A stretch of 58,940 nt of DNA from an uncultured Pseudomonadales bacterium (GCA_964348115.1 CAYGBY010000001.1:1-58940); one strand, 5' to 3'; numbered from the stretch's first letter, positions 37,047 to 45,983 are shown. Numbers and translations are program-made. Notes: generated by a model not told the origin, from the letters alone.

Positions 37047-38300
37047 CTATCGGGCGTCGATTTCCAGGGCGTACAGGGCGCCGGAGTTGCCCAGCACATA
37101 CAGAGTGCGGCCTTCCGCCACGGCCATGGCTGAACGCAGCCCGTCGCCATCGAGCTTGCGGCGCGCCACAAAACGTCCATCGCTCTGCGCCAGCACATGC
37201 AGATGGCCCTCATCGTCCCCAACCACCACGTAGTTGTTGAACGCCACCGGGCTGGATACCTTACGGCGATACAGCCCTTCCTGCCGCCAGACTTCCTCCG
37301 AAGTCTGCGCATCGAAGGCAACCACCACATCGTTTTCATCCACCAGATAGACTTGGTCGTAGCCGCTGGCCAAGTCCAGATAACTGGACATCTCCCGCTG
37401 CCACGCCAAGGCGCCGTCGCTGCGCCGCAGGGCCTTCAGCCGCCCTTGGTAGGACACGGCGTACAGGATAGGCCCAGCCAGCAAGGGGGTGCCGTCCACA
37501 TCCACCATGCGGTCCAGTTCGGACCGGCCTTCCGGGAGCATCACGCGGTGCTCCCACAGGGGTTCGCCGTTATCCGTCTTGATGGCGCTGAGCATGCCGT
37601 TGGCGAAGCCGGCGTACACGATGTCGTCCGCAAACACGGGCGCAGCGCCGCCGCGCAATGTCAGCACCGGCACCTGGTTGTCGAAGCTCCAGCGCTGTGC
37701 GCCATCCGTCAGTTCCAAGGCCAACAGCCGCCCGTCGATGGTCTGGACGAACACCGCGTCATCTCCCACCGTTGGCCGGCTGAGGATCTCGCTGCCCGCG
37801 TAGGCTCGCCAGACTTCGCTGCCGTCCCCTGCGGACAGGGCCACCAAGGCGCCTTGGGTGGTGCCGATGAACACCAAGCCGGCGCCGGCGCCGACCCCGC
37901 CGCTGACGAAGCTGGGGTCCTTGCGGTCGAACAGCTTGATGCCTCGCAACATGCCGCCACGCTGCCCGCTTTGGGCAATTTCCGTACGCCAGATGCGCTT
38001 GCCGGTGAACCTATCCCGGGCCTCCACCAACCCATAGCCGTCGGCGGCAAACACCCGGTCAGCCAACAAGGATGGGCCTAGCCGCAGGTACTTGCGGCCC
38101 AGCCCCTTGCCGATTGACACCCGCCACAGTTGCCGCACCCGCGCCTCCTCCGTGAAGGATTTCAGCTCAGCGGGCTTCAGAATGTCCCCTTCCTCGTCTT
38201 TGCCGCCCACGCCTGGCACCCAAGAGAACCAACTGCAGCCGCCCGCCGCCAAAGCCAGAAAGAAGGCCGCCAACAGCAAGCAGTTGCGTTTAGGATTCAT
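37047..38300 (-). CDS. bamB: outer-membrane protein assembly factor BamB
   Basis: The ATG at 38300 (MNPKRNCLLLAAFFLALAAGGC, a lipobox). PQQ-like beta-propeller repeats. Synteny yfgM-bamB-der. Confidence 0.85.
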   Translation of the reverse strand: MNPKRNCLLLAAFFLALAAGGCSWFSWVPGVGGKDEEGDILKPAELKSFTEEARVRQLWRVSIGKGLGRKYLRLGPSLLADRVFAADGYGLVEARDRFTGKRIWRTEIAQSGQRGGMLRGIKLFDRKDPSFVSGGVGAGAGLVFIGTTQGALVALSAGDGSEVWRAYAGSEILSRPTVGDDAVFVQTIDGRLLALELTDGAQRWSFDNQVPVLTLRGGAAPVFADDIVYAGFANGMLSAIKTDNGEPLWEHRVMLPEGRSELDRMVDVDGTPLLAGPILYAVSYQGRLKALRRSDGALAWQREMSSYLDLASGYDQVYLVDENDVVVAFDAQTSEEVWRQEGLYRRKVSSPVAFNNYVVVGDDEGHLHVLAQSDGRFVARRKLDGDGLRSAMAVAEGRTLYVLGNSGALYALEIDAR

Positions 38301-39027
38301 CGTCAAGCCCGGAAGCGTCCTCGGGGATGGGGGCCTGGGTTGTTGCGACTCCCGCATGCGCGTCTCCATCGTCCTCTTGGGAAGCGTCGTCGGGCATTGG
38401 GGCCTGGGTTGCTGCGGGCGCGGTGTCATGGGCTTTCATCTCCAGAATGGGCCGTTGTTGGTCCGCGCCCACTTCCGCCAGGGCGGAGTTGTAGGCTTCG
38501 TGGGCGCGTTCGCGTTCACCTTGGGCAAGGTGGATGTCCCCCAATAGCTCCTGCAGCTGCCAGCGCCCCCCCGCACTGCGCACCGCGGCCAAACTGGCCA
38601 GGGCGGCCTCGCTATCGCCCTGCTGCTGCTGCAGGCGGGCCAGGCGCACATAGGCAAGATCCTTGAGCGCAGTGGGCAAGTCGCCCTCCGCCACTTGCCG
38701 CAGCAGGCCTGCGGCGGCGTCGATCTCGCCCGCCTCCAGGGACTCCCCAGCCCGCTGCATCAGGGTGAAGGCCTGGTAGCCTGTGCTGGCTGCCGACGCG
38801 TCGATCTGCGCGGCCAAAGCGTCCCGCTGCTCCCCTTCGGCGGCCAAATAGGCTTCGAAAAGTTCGGATGCCGCCTGCCGCCCTTCGGTCTGGGCGCCGC
38901 CGTACCAGCGCCAGCCGACCACCGCCGCCAAGGCTAGCGCCAAGGTGATCAGCAAGCCCGTGCCATTTTGCCGCCACCAGGTCTTCAGGCGATCCAACTG
39001 TTCTTCTTCGGACAGGTAATCAGCCAC
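38290..39027 (-). CDS. yfgM: YfgM-family ancillary SecYEG translocon subunit (TPR-like), with acidic C-terminal extension
   Basis: GTG start. MADYLSEEEQLDRLKTWWRQNG plus a single TM helix is the family hallmark. The C-terminal ~40 aa contain a 69-bp-period duplication. Confidence 0.75.
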   Translation of the reverse strand: MADYLSEEEQLDRLKTWWRQNGTGLLITLALALAAVVGWRWYGGAQTEGRQAASELFEAYLAAEGEQRDALAAQIDASAASTGYQAFTLMQRAGESLEAGEIDAAAGLLRQVAEGDLPTALKDLAYVRLARLQQQQGDSEAALASLAAVRSAGGRWQLQELLGDIHLAQGERERAHEAYNSALAEVGADQQRPILEMKAHDTAPAATQAPMPDDASQEDDGDAHAGVATTQAPIPEDASGLDDES

Positions 39028-39028
39028 T

Positions 39029-40411
39029 TCAATGTCTCATTGCCGGTGGGTCGCCGGCTGCCGTCAAACGCCGTGCGGGGCCAGCCTCCCTTAGCCCAGG
39101 ACTCACGGACGGGGAGAAGTCCAAGAGTTCCTCTGTCAAACGCCGTGCGGGGCCGTCCTCCCTTAGCCGGGCCGGCACTTCGCCGGCCGTCAAGGTCTCT
39201 TGGGGCCCGTCATTGCGCAAATCCTTCAGCGCAATGCGATTTTCGCGCACTTCGTCGTCCCCAAACAACAGGGCCCAACGGGCGCCGCACTGGCTGGCCC
39301 GCCGCAACTGGTTTTTCAGCCGCCCGCCGCCGGTGTGTAGGCGAAAGCGCAAACCTGGCGCGCCTTGGCGCAGCGTCTGCACCGCTTGCAAGGCGTGGCC
39401 CTGATGCTGCGGTGAAAGTACGCAACAGTACACATCCACCCGCGCCGGCCCATGGCCGCCATGCACGGCCTCATGCAGCAGCACGGTGCGGTCCAATCCC
39501 AGCGCAAAGCCGACGCCGGGCGTGGGCTTGCCGCCAAGCATCTCCACGAGCCCATCGTAGCGCCCGCCGGCGCACAGGGTGCCTTGGGCGCCTAGACGTC
39601 GGGTGGTCCATTCGAACACGGTTTTGCCGTAGTAGTCCAGGCCCCGCACCAGCAAGGGGTTCAGCACATAGGGGATGCGCAATGTTCGCAGCAGGCTGGT
39701 GAGCGCTTCAAAGTGCGCCGCGCTTTCCGCATCGATATAGTCCTGAAACTTGGGCGCATCGGCCAGGATCGCCTGGGTGTTCGGCGCCTTGCTGTCCAGA
39801 ATGCGCAAGGGATTGCGCTCCAGGCGGCGGGCGCTGTCCGCGTCCAGCTCCGCCTGGCGAGGGCGCAGGTACGCCACCAGGCTGTCCCGCCAGCGGGCCC
39901 GGGCCTGCGGGGCGCCGAGGGTGTTCAGCTCTAGCTGGATTTCCTCCTGCAGCCCCAGGACGCGCCAGATTTCCGTGCCCATTTGGATGAGTTCGGCATC
40001 CACATCCGGCCCGGGCAGGCCCAAGGCCTCCGGCGAGATCTGCTGGAACTGCCGATAGCGGCCCTTCTGAGGGCGCTCATGGCGAAACATGGCGCCGCGG
40101 TAGTAAACCCGCTGCGGCCCGTGATGCAGCACGCCGTTGTCGATTAGGGCGCGGACGCAGGAAGCGGTGCCCTCCGGGCGCAGGGAGATGCTCTTGCCGC
40201 CGCCATCAGGCAGGCTGAACATCTCTTTCTCCACGATGTCGGTGGCGCAGCCGATGCTGCGCCTGAACAGCTCCGTCTCCTCCAGCAGGGGCAGTTGCAA
40301 TTCCTCGTAGGCGAAGCTGTCCAGAACCGCCACGATGGCTTGCTCCACCGCACGGAACCGCGCCGCTTCTTCGGGCAGCAGATCCCGCATGCCCCGCACC
40401 AGGCGCGCCAC
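39029..40411 (-). CDS. hisS: histidine--tRNA ligase (with ~40-aa repeat-encoded C-terminal extension)
   Basis: Class II aaRS motifs (RGMRDLLPEE, YYRGAMFRHERPQKGRYRQF, GGGRYDGL). The tail LREDGPARRLTEE...LREAGPARRLTAA is encoded by two copies of a 36-bp repeat. Confidence 0.9.
   Translation of the reverse strand: MARLVRGMRDLLPEEAARFRAVEQAIVAVLDSFAYEELQLPLLEETELFRRSIGCATDIVEKEMFSLPDGGGKSISLRPEGTASCVRALIDNGVLHHGPQRVYYRGAMFRHERPQKGRYRQFQQISPEALGLPGPDVDAELIQMGTEIWRVLGLQEEIQLELNTLGAPQARARWRDSLVAYLRPRQAELDADSARRLERNPLRILDSKAPNTQAILADAPKFQDYIDAESAAHFEALTSLLRTLRIPYVLNPLLVRGLDYYGKTVFEWTTRRLGAQGTLCAGGRYDGLVEMLGGKPTPGVGFALGLDRTVLLHEAVHGGHGPARVDVYCCVLSPQHQGHALQAVQTLRQGAPGLRFRLHTGGGRLKNQLRRASQCGARWALLFGDDEVRENRIALKDLRNDGPQETLTAGEVPARLREDGPARRLTEELLDFSPSVSPGLREAGPARRLTAAGDPPAMRH
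39063..39170. repeat. two copies of a 36-bp repeat (72-bp period) inside the hisS 3' end
   Basis: GTCAAACGCCGTGCGGGGCC[AG/GT]CCTCCCTTAGCC at 39063-39098 and 39135-39170. Confidence 0.85.
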
Positions 40412-40413
40412 GG

Positions 40414-41298
40414 CTAGCGGCCCAGCACTAAGGAGGCCACTTGGTTTTCCTCCGTGTGCTGGCGCAAAGATACGGCCTCTCCGTTAAACCGCAACGTAAT
40501 GCCTGGGGCGTAGCCGAGCACCAAATGAAACGGCCCTTGACCCTCCAGCCGCCACAGTTCGCCTTGTCGCCCTTCCGCGGCATATAGCTGCTTGGCATCG
40601 GTGTTGCGCACTTCCACCCAGCTCTTCCCCGTAAAGGCCAACTCCAGTTCGTCCTCGCCGTCAGGGGTGATGCGCACGTGGCGCTGCAGCAACTGCGGGC
40701 CGGTGGGCAAGTCGTCCGCCCCGGTCGGCGGGCTGTCTTGGGGCGCTGGTTCAGCCGGCGAGGGCGCACTGTCGGGCCGTGGCGATGGTCCACTACGTGG
40801 AGCAGCTTCACGGAGCGCTGGTTCAGCTGGCAAGGGCGCACTGTCGGGGACTGCTGTGGTGGGCTGGGCCGGCGTCTGCGGCGCCCCATCGCCGCCATTC
40901 TCAAGGAAGGGCTTCGTCCACCAGACAAACGCCGCGCCCGCCACCAACAGCAGGATGATGGCCCCCATCAGGCCGAGGCGGCGAAGATGGCGCTTGTCCA
41001 GATCGCCCCAGCGCGCGGCTTCGCCCGTGGGCGGGTTGTGGGACGACGCTGGGGCGAGGTCGTCGTAGGCCTGCAGCAGGGCGTTTTGATCCACAGCCAG
41101 GAAACGGGCGTAGTTGCGGATGTAGCCGCGCACGAACACGGGCGACGGCAATTGCTCCCAGTCCTCAGCCTCGAGCGCCCGCACGGTGGCAGCTGTAAGG
41201 AATAGGGCGTCAGCGACCTGATCGACGGGCAGCTCGCGAGCTTCGCGGCCTTGGCGCAGGGCGGCGCCAAGCCGCTGATCTTCCTCCGCCACCGCCAT
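40414..41298 (-). CDS. rodZ: cytoskeleton protein RodZ
   Basis: N-terminal HTH (LGAALRQGREARELPVDQVADAL), a TM helix, a Pro-rich linker, and a C-terminal DUF4115-like beta domain. Confidence 0.8.
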   Translation of the reverse strand: MAVAEEDQRLGAALRQGREARELPVDQVADALFLTAATVRALEAEDWEQLPSPVFVRGYIRNYARFLAVDQNALLQAYDDLAPASSHNPPTGEAARWGDLDKRHLRRLGLMGAIILLLVAGAAFVWWTKPFLENGGDGAPQTPAQPTTAVPDSAPLPAEPALREAAPRSGPSPRPDSAPSPAEPAPQDSPPTGADDLPTGPQLLQRHVRITPDGEDELELAFTGKSWVEVRNTDAKQLYAAEGRQGELWRLEGQGPFHLVLGYAPGITLRFNGEAVSLRQHTEENQVASLVLGR

Positions 41299-41304
41299 GG
41301 CCCC

Positions 41305-42492
41305 TCATCCCACAGCCAAAATGCGCCCCGACGCCGCTTGGCGCTTGGCGCGGCCTAGGGTGCGCTGGGCCTGGGCGGCGCTGGGCGCGACTTGGCTGCC
41401 AGCTTGCATCCGCCGGGCCTGATGGCGTGCTTGCCGTTTGGTGCGGTCCGCCACTGCGCCCACCAACTGGCCGCAGGCGGCGTCTATGGCATCCCCTCTG
41501 GTGGTGCGCAGCATGGCGGCGTAGCCGGCATTCAGCAAGATGGTTTGGAAAGCGCGCACGGCCTCTGGCGCAGGCCGCTGAAAATCCGCGCCGGGAAAGG
41601 GATTGAACGGTATCAGGTTGATCTTGCAGCGCAGCCCCACAAGCAAGTCCGCCAGTTGTCGTGCTTGGGCGAGACTGTCATTGACGCCCTTCAGCAAAGT
41701 GTACTCCATGGTCAGCGCCCGGCGCCACCCCAAGCCGCTTAGATAGTGGCGGCAGGCAGCCAGCAGCTCGGCCAGCGGGTATTTGCGGTTCAGGGGCACC
41801 AGTTCATCGCGCAGCGCATCGGTGGATGCGTGCAGGGAAACGGCCAGGGATACGTCGCTGACCGCAGCCAGGCGATGTATGGCGGGCGCTACGCCGGCGG
41901 TGGAGATGGTCACCCGCCGCTTGGAGATGCCGAAGGCTAGATCGTCCGTCATCAGGTTGACGGCGCGAAGCACGGCCCGGAAGTTCAACAGAGGCTCCCC
42001 CATGCCCATGAGCACCACATTGGTGACGCGTTCGCCCCGCTGCCGCAAAACTTGGTTGGCCAGCCAGACCTGGCCGATGATCTCGGCGGTGGAGAGGTTG
42101 CCGTTGAAGCCCTGCTTGCCGGTGGCGCAGAAGGCGCAGTCCAACATGCAGCCCACCTGGGAGGATACGCACAGGGTGTAGCGACCGCGCTCCGGTATCA
42201 GCACTGTCTCCACGCAGTCCCCGTTGCCCACCCGCATGGCCCACTTGACCACGCCATCCTCCGCCTCCTGGCGGCTGGCTGCGGTTGGAAGCGCAAAGTG
42301 CGCGTTGCCTTCCAGCCAGGCGCGCAGGCTCTTGGCAAGGTCCGTCATGGCCGAAAAATCCAGGCAGCCGCGCTGGTAGGCCCATTTCATCACCTGCCGG
42401 GCGCGGAAGGGGCGATGGCCAGCGGCCGCAAAGTAGGCCTCTAGGCCTTGACGGTCGAAGTCGAGCAGGTTGGTTGGTTGGGCGGCTTGCAT
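41305..42492 (-). CDS. rlmN: 23S rRNA/tRNA m2A methyltransferase RlmN (radical SAM)
   Basis: Start at MQAAQPTNLLDF (42492). FRARQVMKWAY, the radical-SAM cluster motif CMLDCAFCATG, and the GMGEPL block. Confidence 0.9.
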   Translation of the reverse strand: MQAAQPTNLLDFDRQGLEAYFAAAGHRPFRARQVMKWAYQRGCLDFSAMTDLAKSLRAWLEGNAHFALPTAASRQEAEDGVVKWAMRVGNGDCVETVLIPERGRYTLCVSSQVGCMLDCAFCATGKQGFNGNLSTAEIIGQVWLANQVLRQRGERVTNVVLMGMGEPLLNFRAVLRAVNLMTDDLAFGISKRRVTISTAGVAPAIHRLAAVSDVSLAVSLHASTDALRDELVPLNRKYPLAELLAACRHYLSGLGWRRALTMEYTLLKGVNDSLAQARQLADLLVGLRCKINLIPFNPFPGADFQRPAPEAVRAFQTILLNAGYAAMLRTTRGDAIDAACGQLVGAVADRTKRQARHQARRMQAGSQVAPSAAQAQRTLGRAKRQAASGRILAVG

Positions 42493-42505
42493 GGCGGCTT
42501 GCGCG

Positions 42506-42934
42506 CTAGGGGCGGGCGTGGATTTCCTCCGGCGCAAAGAAATAGGCGATCTCCCGGGCAGCGGAGGCGGGTGAATCCGACCCGTGCACGGCGTTGGCGT
42601 CCAAGGATTGCGCAAAGTCCGCACGGATGGTGCCGGGATCGGCTTTGGCCGGATCCGTGGCGCCCATCAGCTGGCGGTTCCCGGCGATGGCGTCCTCCCC
42701 TTCCAACACCTGCACCAGAATTGGCCCGGAAGTCATGTAGGCGCATAGGCTGGCGAAGAACGGCTTGCCCTGGTGCTCTGCGTAGAAGCCGGCGGCTCGC
42801 TCCTGGCTAAGCCTGAGCATCTTGGCGGCGACGATGCGCAAGCCACCGCCTTCCAGGCGGGCGCAGATATCCCCGATGTGGTTGCCGGCCACCGCATCCG
42901 GCTTGATGATGGAAAGTGTGCGCTGCAAGGCCAT
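42506..42934 (-). CDS. ndk: nucleoside-diphosphate kinase
   Basis: [15 protein letters not shown]......NAVHGSDS, with a canonical NDK N-terminus and active-site His region. Confidence 0.95.
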   Translation of the reverse strand: MALQRTLSIIKPDAVAGNHIGDICARLEGGGLRIVAAKMLRLSQERAAGFYAEHQGKPFFASLCAYMTSGPILVQVLEGEDAIAGNRQLMGATDPAKADPGTIRADFAQSLDANAVHGSDSPASAAREIAYFFAPEEIHARP

Positions 42935-42997
42935 GCTGGTCTCCTAGGCTGATTCGGCCAACGATTCCGGCAGCACCTTTGCCCCTGCCGGTATGCT

Positions 42998-43258
42998 GGG
43001 GAACCTCTGAACAAGTCGCGTTCGCCCAGCGCCCCGCTCTCAGCAGCGGGAGATGGCGTTGCGGCCATGGGAAGGCAATCCTCAGAGCAGAGGGCATTCC
43101 ACGGTCCGTACGCCGCGGAGCGCCCTTCGGGAGGGCCTAAATGGCGCGCTGGCTGTGTTGCGGCTCATTGTGTGGGGGTAAGCCACACGGCTTCGCCGCG
43201 CCTTGCCATCACGCCTTTTAGCCTCCTCTGGGCTTCCGGGACTTGTTCAGAGGTTCCC
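42998..43258. mobile_element. MITE family B, full-length reference copy (~260 bp)
   Basis: Terminal inverted repeats GGGAACCTCTGAACAAGTC and GACTTGTTCAGAGGTTCCC. The internal conserved hairpin GCGCCCTTCGGGAGGGCCTAAATGGCGCGC is present. The element is intergenic, between ndk and the acyl-CoA ligase. Confidence 0.75.
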
Positions 43259-43351
43259 TAGTGGACCCGCACTAAGCCGAAATGGCGCACATTATACGCT
43301 TTGGCCACAAAACTTCGGGGCAATTTCAGAACAGCCCACCGTCCGCTCAAT

Positions 43352-45088
43352 TCAGGCGGGGGCGCCGTCTTTGCCGGGCGCAATCTCTGCTGTCCCGTCG
43401 AACCACTCGCGCAGCTTGAACTTCTGCACCTTGGTGGAGGACATGGGCCAAGCCGTGACGAAGCGCACATGGCGGGGCGCCTTGAAGCTGGCGATGCGGC
43501 CTTTGCAGTAGTCGATGATGTCCCTCTCGCTGGCCGAAGCGCCCGGCTTGAGCTCGATAAAGGCCGCCGCCACCTCCAGCAGCCGTTGGTCCGGCACGCC
43601 GATGACCACCGCCAGCTTCACGGCCGGGTGGGTGGCCAGGAAGGATTCAATCTCCACAGCCGCCACATTTTCCCCACCCACTTTCAGCATGTCCTTGAGG
43701 CGCCCGTGGTAGCGGATCTGGTTTCGTTCGGTCAGGGCGCCTAGATCCCCGGTGCGCAGCCAGCCGTCCACGAAACTCTCCGCGTTTTTCCCTGGCGCCT
43801 TGTAGTAGCCGGCAAAGACGCAGTAGCCCTTGATCCATATTTCACCGCGCTCCTCCGGCCCCAAGGCGCGCAGGCTGTCCGGGTCCACTATCTTCACTTG
43901 CACGTCGGCAAAGGGAGCGCCGCAGGTGGTCAGCCGAGTGTTCAGATCCTCCTGTGGGTGGTTGAAGGAAATCACGCCACAGGCTTCCGTCAGCCCATAG
44001 GCGCCGGTTTGCACTGCCTGGGGGAAGGCGTTCTGGAAACGCCGCAGCATCTCAACCGGGGCTACGTTGTTGATGCGGCGCAGGCGGCTGAGATCCGTGT
44101 GTGGGAAGCGCGGGTGGTTGATGAGTTCATTGGTGACGGTGGGGAAGGAAGGGAAGGCGACCGTAGCCCTTTCCCGCTCCAGCATGCGCAGGGCGGCGCC
44201 GGACTCCACCCGATTCATGGACAGCATGGCGGCGCCGGCATCGAAGCAGCACAGCAATGGCAGGATGGACGCCATGTGGAACATGGGCAGGGGCGCCCAA
44301 AAGCGGTCCTCCTCGGTCAGGAAGTAGCGCTGGCGATTCATGGCGGCGCCGTTGCGCACCAAGGCGCCTTGGGCCAATGGACAGCCCTTGGGTTTGGCGG
44401 TGGTGCCGGATGTGTACATCATGATGGCGGGGGCGGAGGGCGCAACCGCCTGCTGAAGGGCGCACACCGCACTCCGCTCCCCAGCTTGGCCGGCGGCCAC
44501 GAAGCGCCGCCAGGGGATGAAGCCTGGCGGCGTGGTCTGGCTGACGGAGGTGATGAACCTGAGTTTGGGCGCGCGCGTCAGGCGCAGGGCTTGGGGTTGC
44601 CGCGCAGCCGCCAAGTCGGGGAGCGCTTCGTGCAGCAGTGCGGCAAAGTCCACGTATTCCGACGCCAAGCCGGAGGTGACCAAGCCCACGAGGTCCGCAT
44701 TCTCCACCACATAGGCCAGCTCCTCCGCCTTGTAGCGGGCGTTGACCGGCACCGCCACCGCGCCGATGCAGGCGATGCCGAACAAAAGCTCGATGTACTC
44801 GAGGCAGTTGGGCATGAGAATGCCGACATGCTCCCCAGGCTTCACGCCCAGGGCAAGCAGGCTTTGCGCCCGCTGCGCCGCAGCTTCGGCCAGGGCGGCG
44901 TAGCTGTGGCGCCCTTCCGGGAAGACCAGCGCATCCCGGTCTGGGAAGCGCTGGGCGGCGTTCTGCAGCAGGGCGCCGAGGGTGGCGGCGGAATCCGCCG
45001 CTTGGGCGCTGGGCGCGGCGGGCTGATCTAGCGTAGGCGCGGCTAGACCCGCTGCGGCCCGGCCTTCAATGGTAGACGGTGTCGTCAT
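43352..45088 (-). CDS. AMP-dependent acyl-CoA synthetase/ligase
   Basis: 578-aa ORF. The AMP-binding motif YTSGTTAKPKG, GYGLTE-like YGLTEACG, and GDLG....RYHGRLKDMLKVGGENV. Confidence 0.85.
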   Translation of the reverse strand: MTTPSTIEGRAAAGLAAPTLDQPAAPSAQAADSAATLGALLQNAAQRFPDRDALVFPEGRHSYAALAEAAAQRAQSLLALGVKPGEHVGILMPNCLEYIELLFGIACIGAVAVPVNARYKAEELAYVVENADLVGLVTSGLASEYVDFAALLHEALPDLAAARQPQALRLTRAPKLRFITSVSQTTPPGFIPWRRFVAAGQAGERSAVCALQQAVAPSAPAIMMYTSGTTAKPKGCPLAQGALVRNGAAMNRQRYFLTEEDRFWAPLPMFHMASILPLLCCFDAGAAMLSMNRVESGAALRMLERERATVAFPSFPTVTNELINHPRFPHTDLSRLRRINNVAPVEMLRRFQNAFPQAVQTGAYGLTEACGVISFNHPQEDLNTRLTTCGAPFADVQVKIVDPDSLRALGPEERGEIWIKGYCVFAGYYKAPGKNAESFVDGWLRTGDLGALTERNQIRYHGRLKDMLKVGGENVAAVEIESFLATHPAVKLAVVIGVPDQRLLEVAAAFIELKPGASASERDIIDYCKGRIASFKAPRHVRFVTAWPMSSTKVQKFKLREWFDGTAEIAPGKDGAPA

Positions 45089-45329
45089 CTTGGCGGTGGA
45101 CTCTCAGGTCTGCGCCCTGTTCCTTGCATATGGATTCCAGCGTCTCATGAATGCATGCCGCGCAGCAGCCATCCGCCACCAAGTCCTCCAGAAGGTAGCC
45201 TAGGACGTCATAGGCGCTGTAGTCGGTTTCCGCCATGCTTTCAAACCGCGCCAGCGCGTCCTTCATGATCTGCACCGTCGCTTCGCAACGGCCTTCGTCG
45301 CGCAGTTGCGCCTCGCTGGGGTTCTCCAT
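45066..45329 (-). CDS. hypothetical small Cys-containing protein
   Basis: The ATG at 45329 (MENPSEAQL) is preceded by GAGAGG. 87 aa with DGCCAACIHE. Its 3' end overlaps the start of the ligase gene by 23 nt. No family recognised. Confidence 0.35.
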   Translation of the reverse strand: MENPSEAQLRDEGRCEATVQIMKDALARFESMAETDYSAYDVLGYLLEDLVADGCCAACIHETLESICKEQGADLRVHRQDDDTVYH

Positions 45330-45464
45330 GTGCTTAAGGCCTCTCAAGGATTGCGGAGGCCGCCATTGTACTGCCGCACCAGCCCCTAAACCACAGGCCC
45401 TAGGCGGGCGGCAAGGCCGCGGGCGCCGAATCCGCCGCGCTTCGTCTGCGGCGAAGCGGCGATT

Positions 45465-45983
45465 TCAAGAGCGTATCGGGTCCCGGCCGTCCCAGTTTTC
45501 CGCGGCGGCGGCGATGGCGGCGAAGCGTTCCACAATGCCCTGGTTGCGCGTGACCACCTCCAGCATGCAGCCCATCAGCGGCCGGGTGTCATAGTAGGCG
45601 AACTCTATGTCTCCCACCCCGCCCTTGTTGACCGCTTCGTAGCCGAGGCCGGCGAAATAGGCCGTATCCGCTTCGATGTCGTGGGTCCACACGCACAGGT
45701 GGTGGAAGCCGCTGGTCCCCTTGGGCACGCTGTCCCGGTAGGCGCAACGCTCCACTGTTGGCTGGATCAACTCAATTTGCACGGGGCCGGCCTGGGCGAG
45801 GGCCACATGCATGGACAGTTTGGCCGGTGCGCCGCGATAGGTCATGTGGGTGAACAGGTCGGTGTACTCATTCAGGAAAAATGGCCCCACGCCCATTTCG
45901 TTGACCCACTTCATGCAGGCGGCCTCAATGTCGTCCACTACCCAGGCGTTCTGGAATACGGTTCGATCGGTCGGTTTGTTCAC
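45465..45983 (-). CDS. VOC (glyoxalase/bleomycin-resistance/dioxygenase) family protein
   Basis: 172-aa ORF. FQNAWVVDDIEAA..W...GVGPF and GFHHLCVW..DIEA blocks are typical of the paired beta-alpha-beta-beta-beta VOC fold. Confidence 0.6.
   Translation of the reverse strand: MNKPTDRTVFQNAWVVDDIEAACMKWVNEMGVGPFFLNEYTDLFTHMTYRGAPAKLSMHVALAQAGPVQIELIQPTVERCAYRDSVPKGTSGFHHLCVWTHDIEADTAYFAGLGYEAVNKGGVGDIEFAYYDTRPLMGCMLEVVTRNQGIVERFAAIAAAAENWDGRDPIRS

Noticed and set aside
45431-45462. GC-rich hairpin after the VOC gene, and the hairpin at 48839-48862, considered as rho-independent terminators.
   Set aside because: Imperfect stems are present, but no U-tract follows on the relevant strand. The evidence is too weak to annotate them as terminators.
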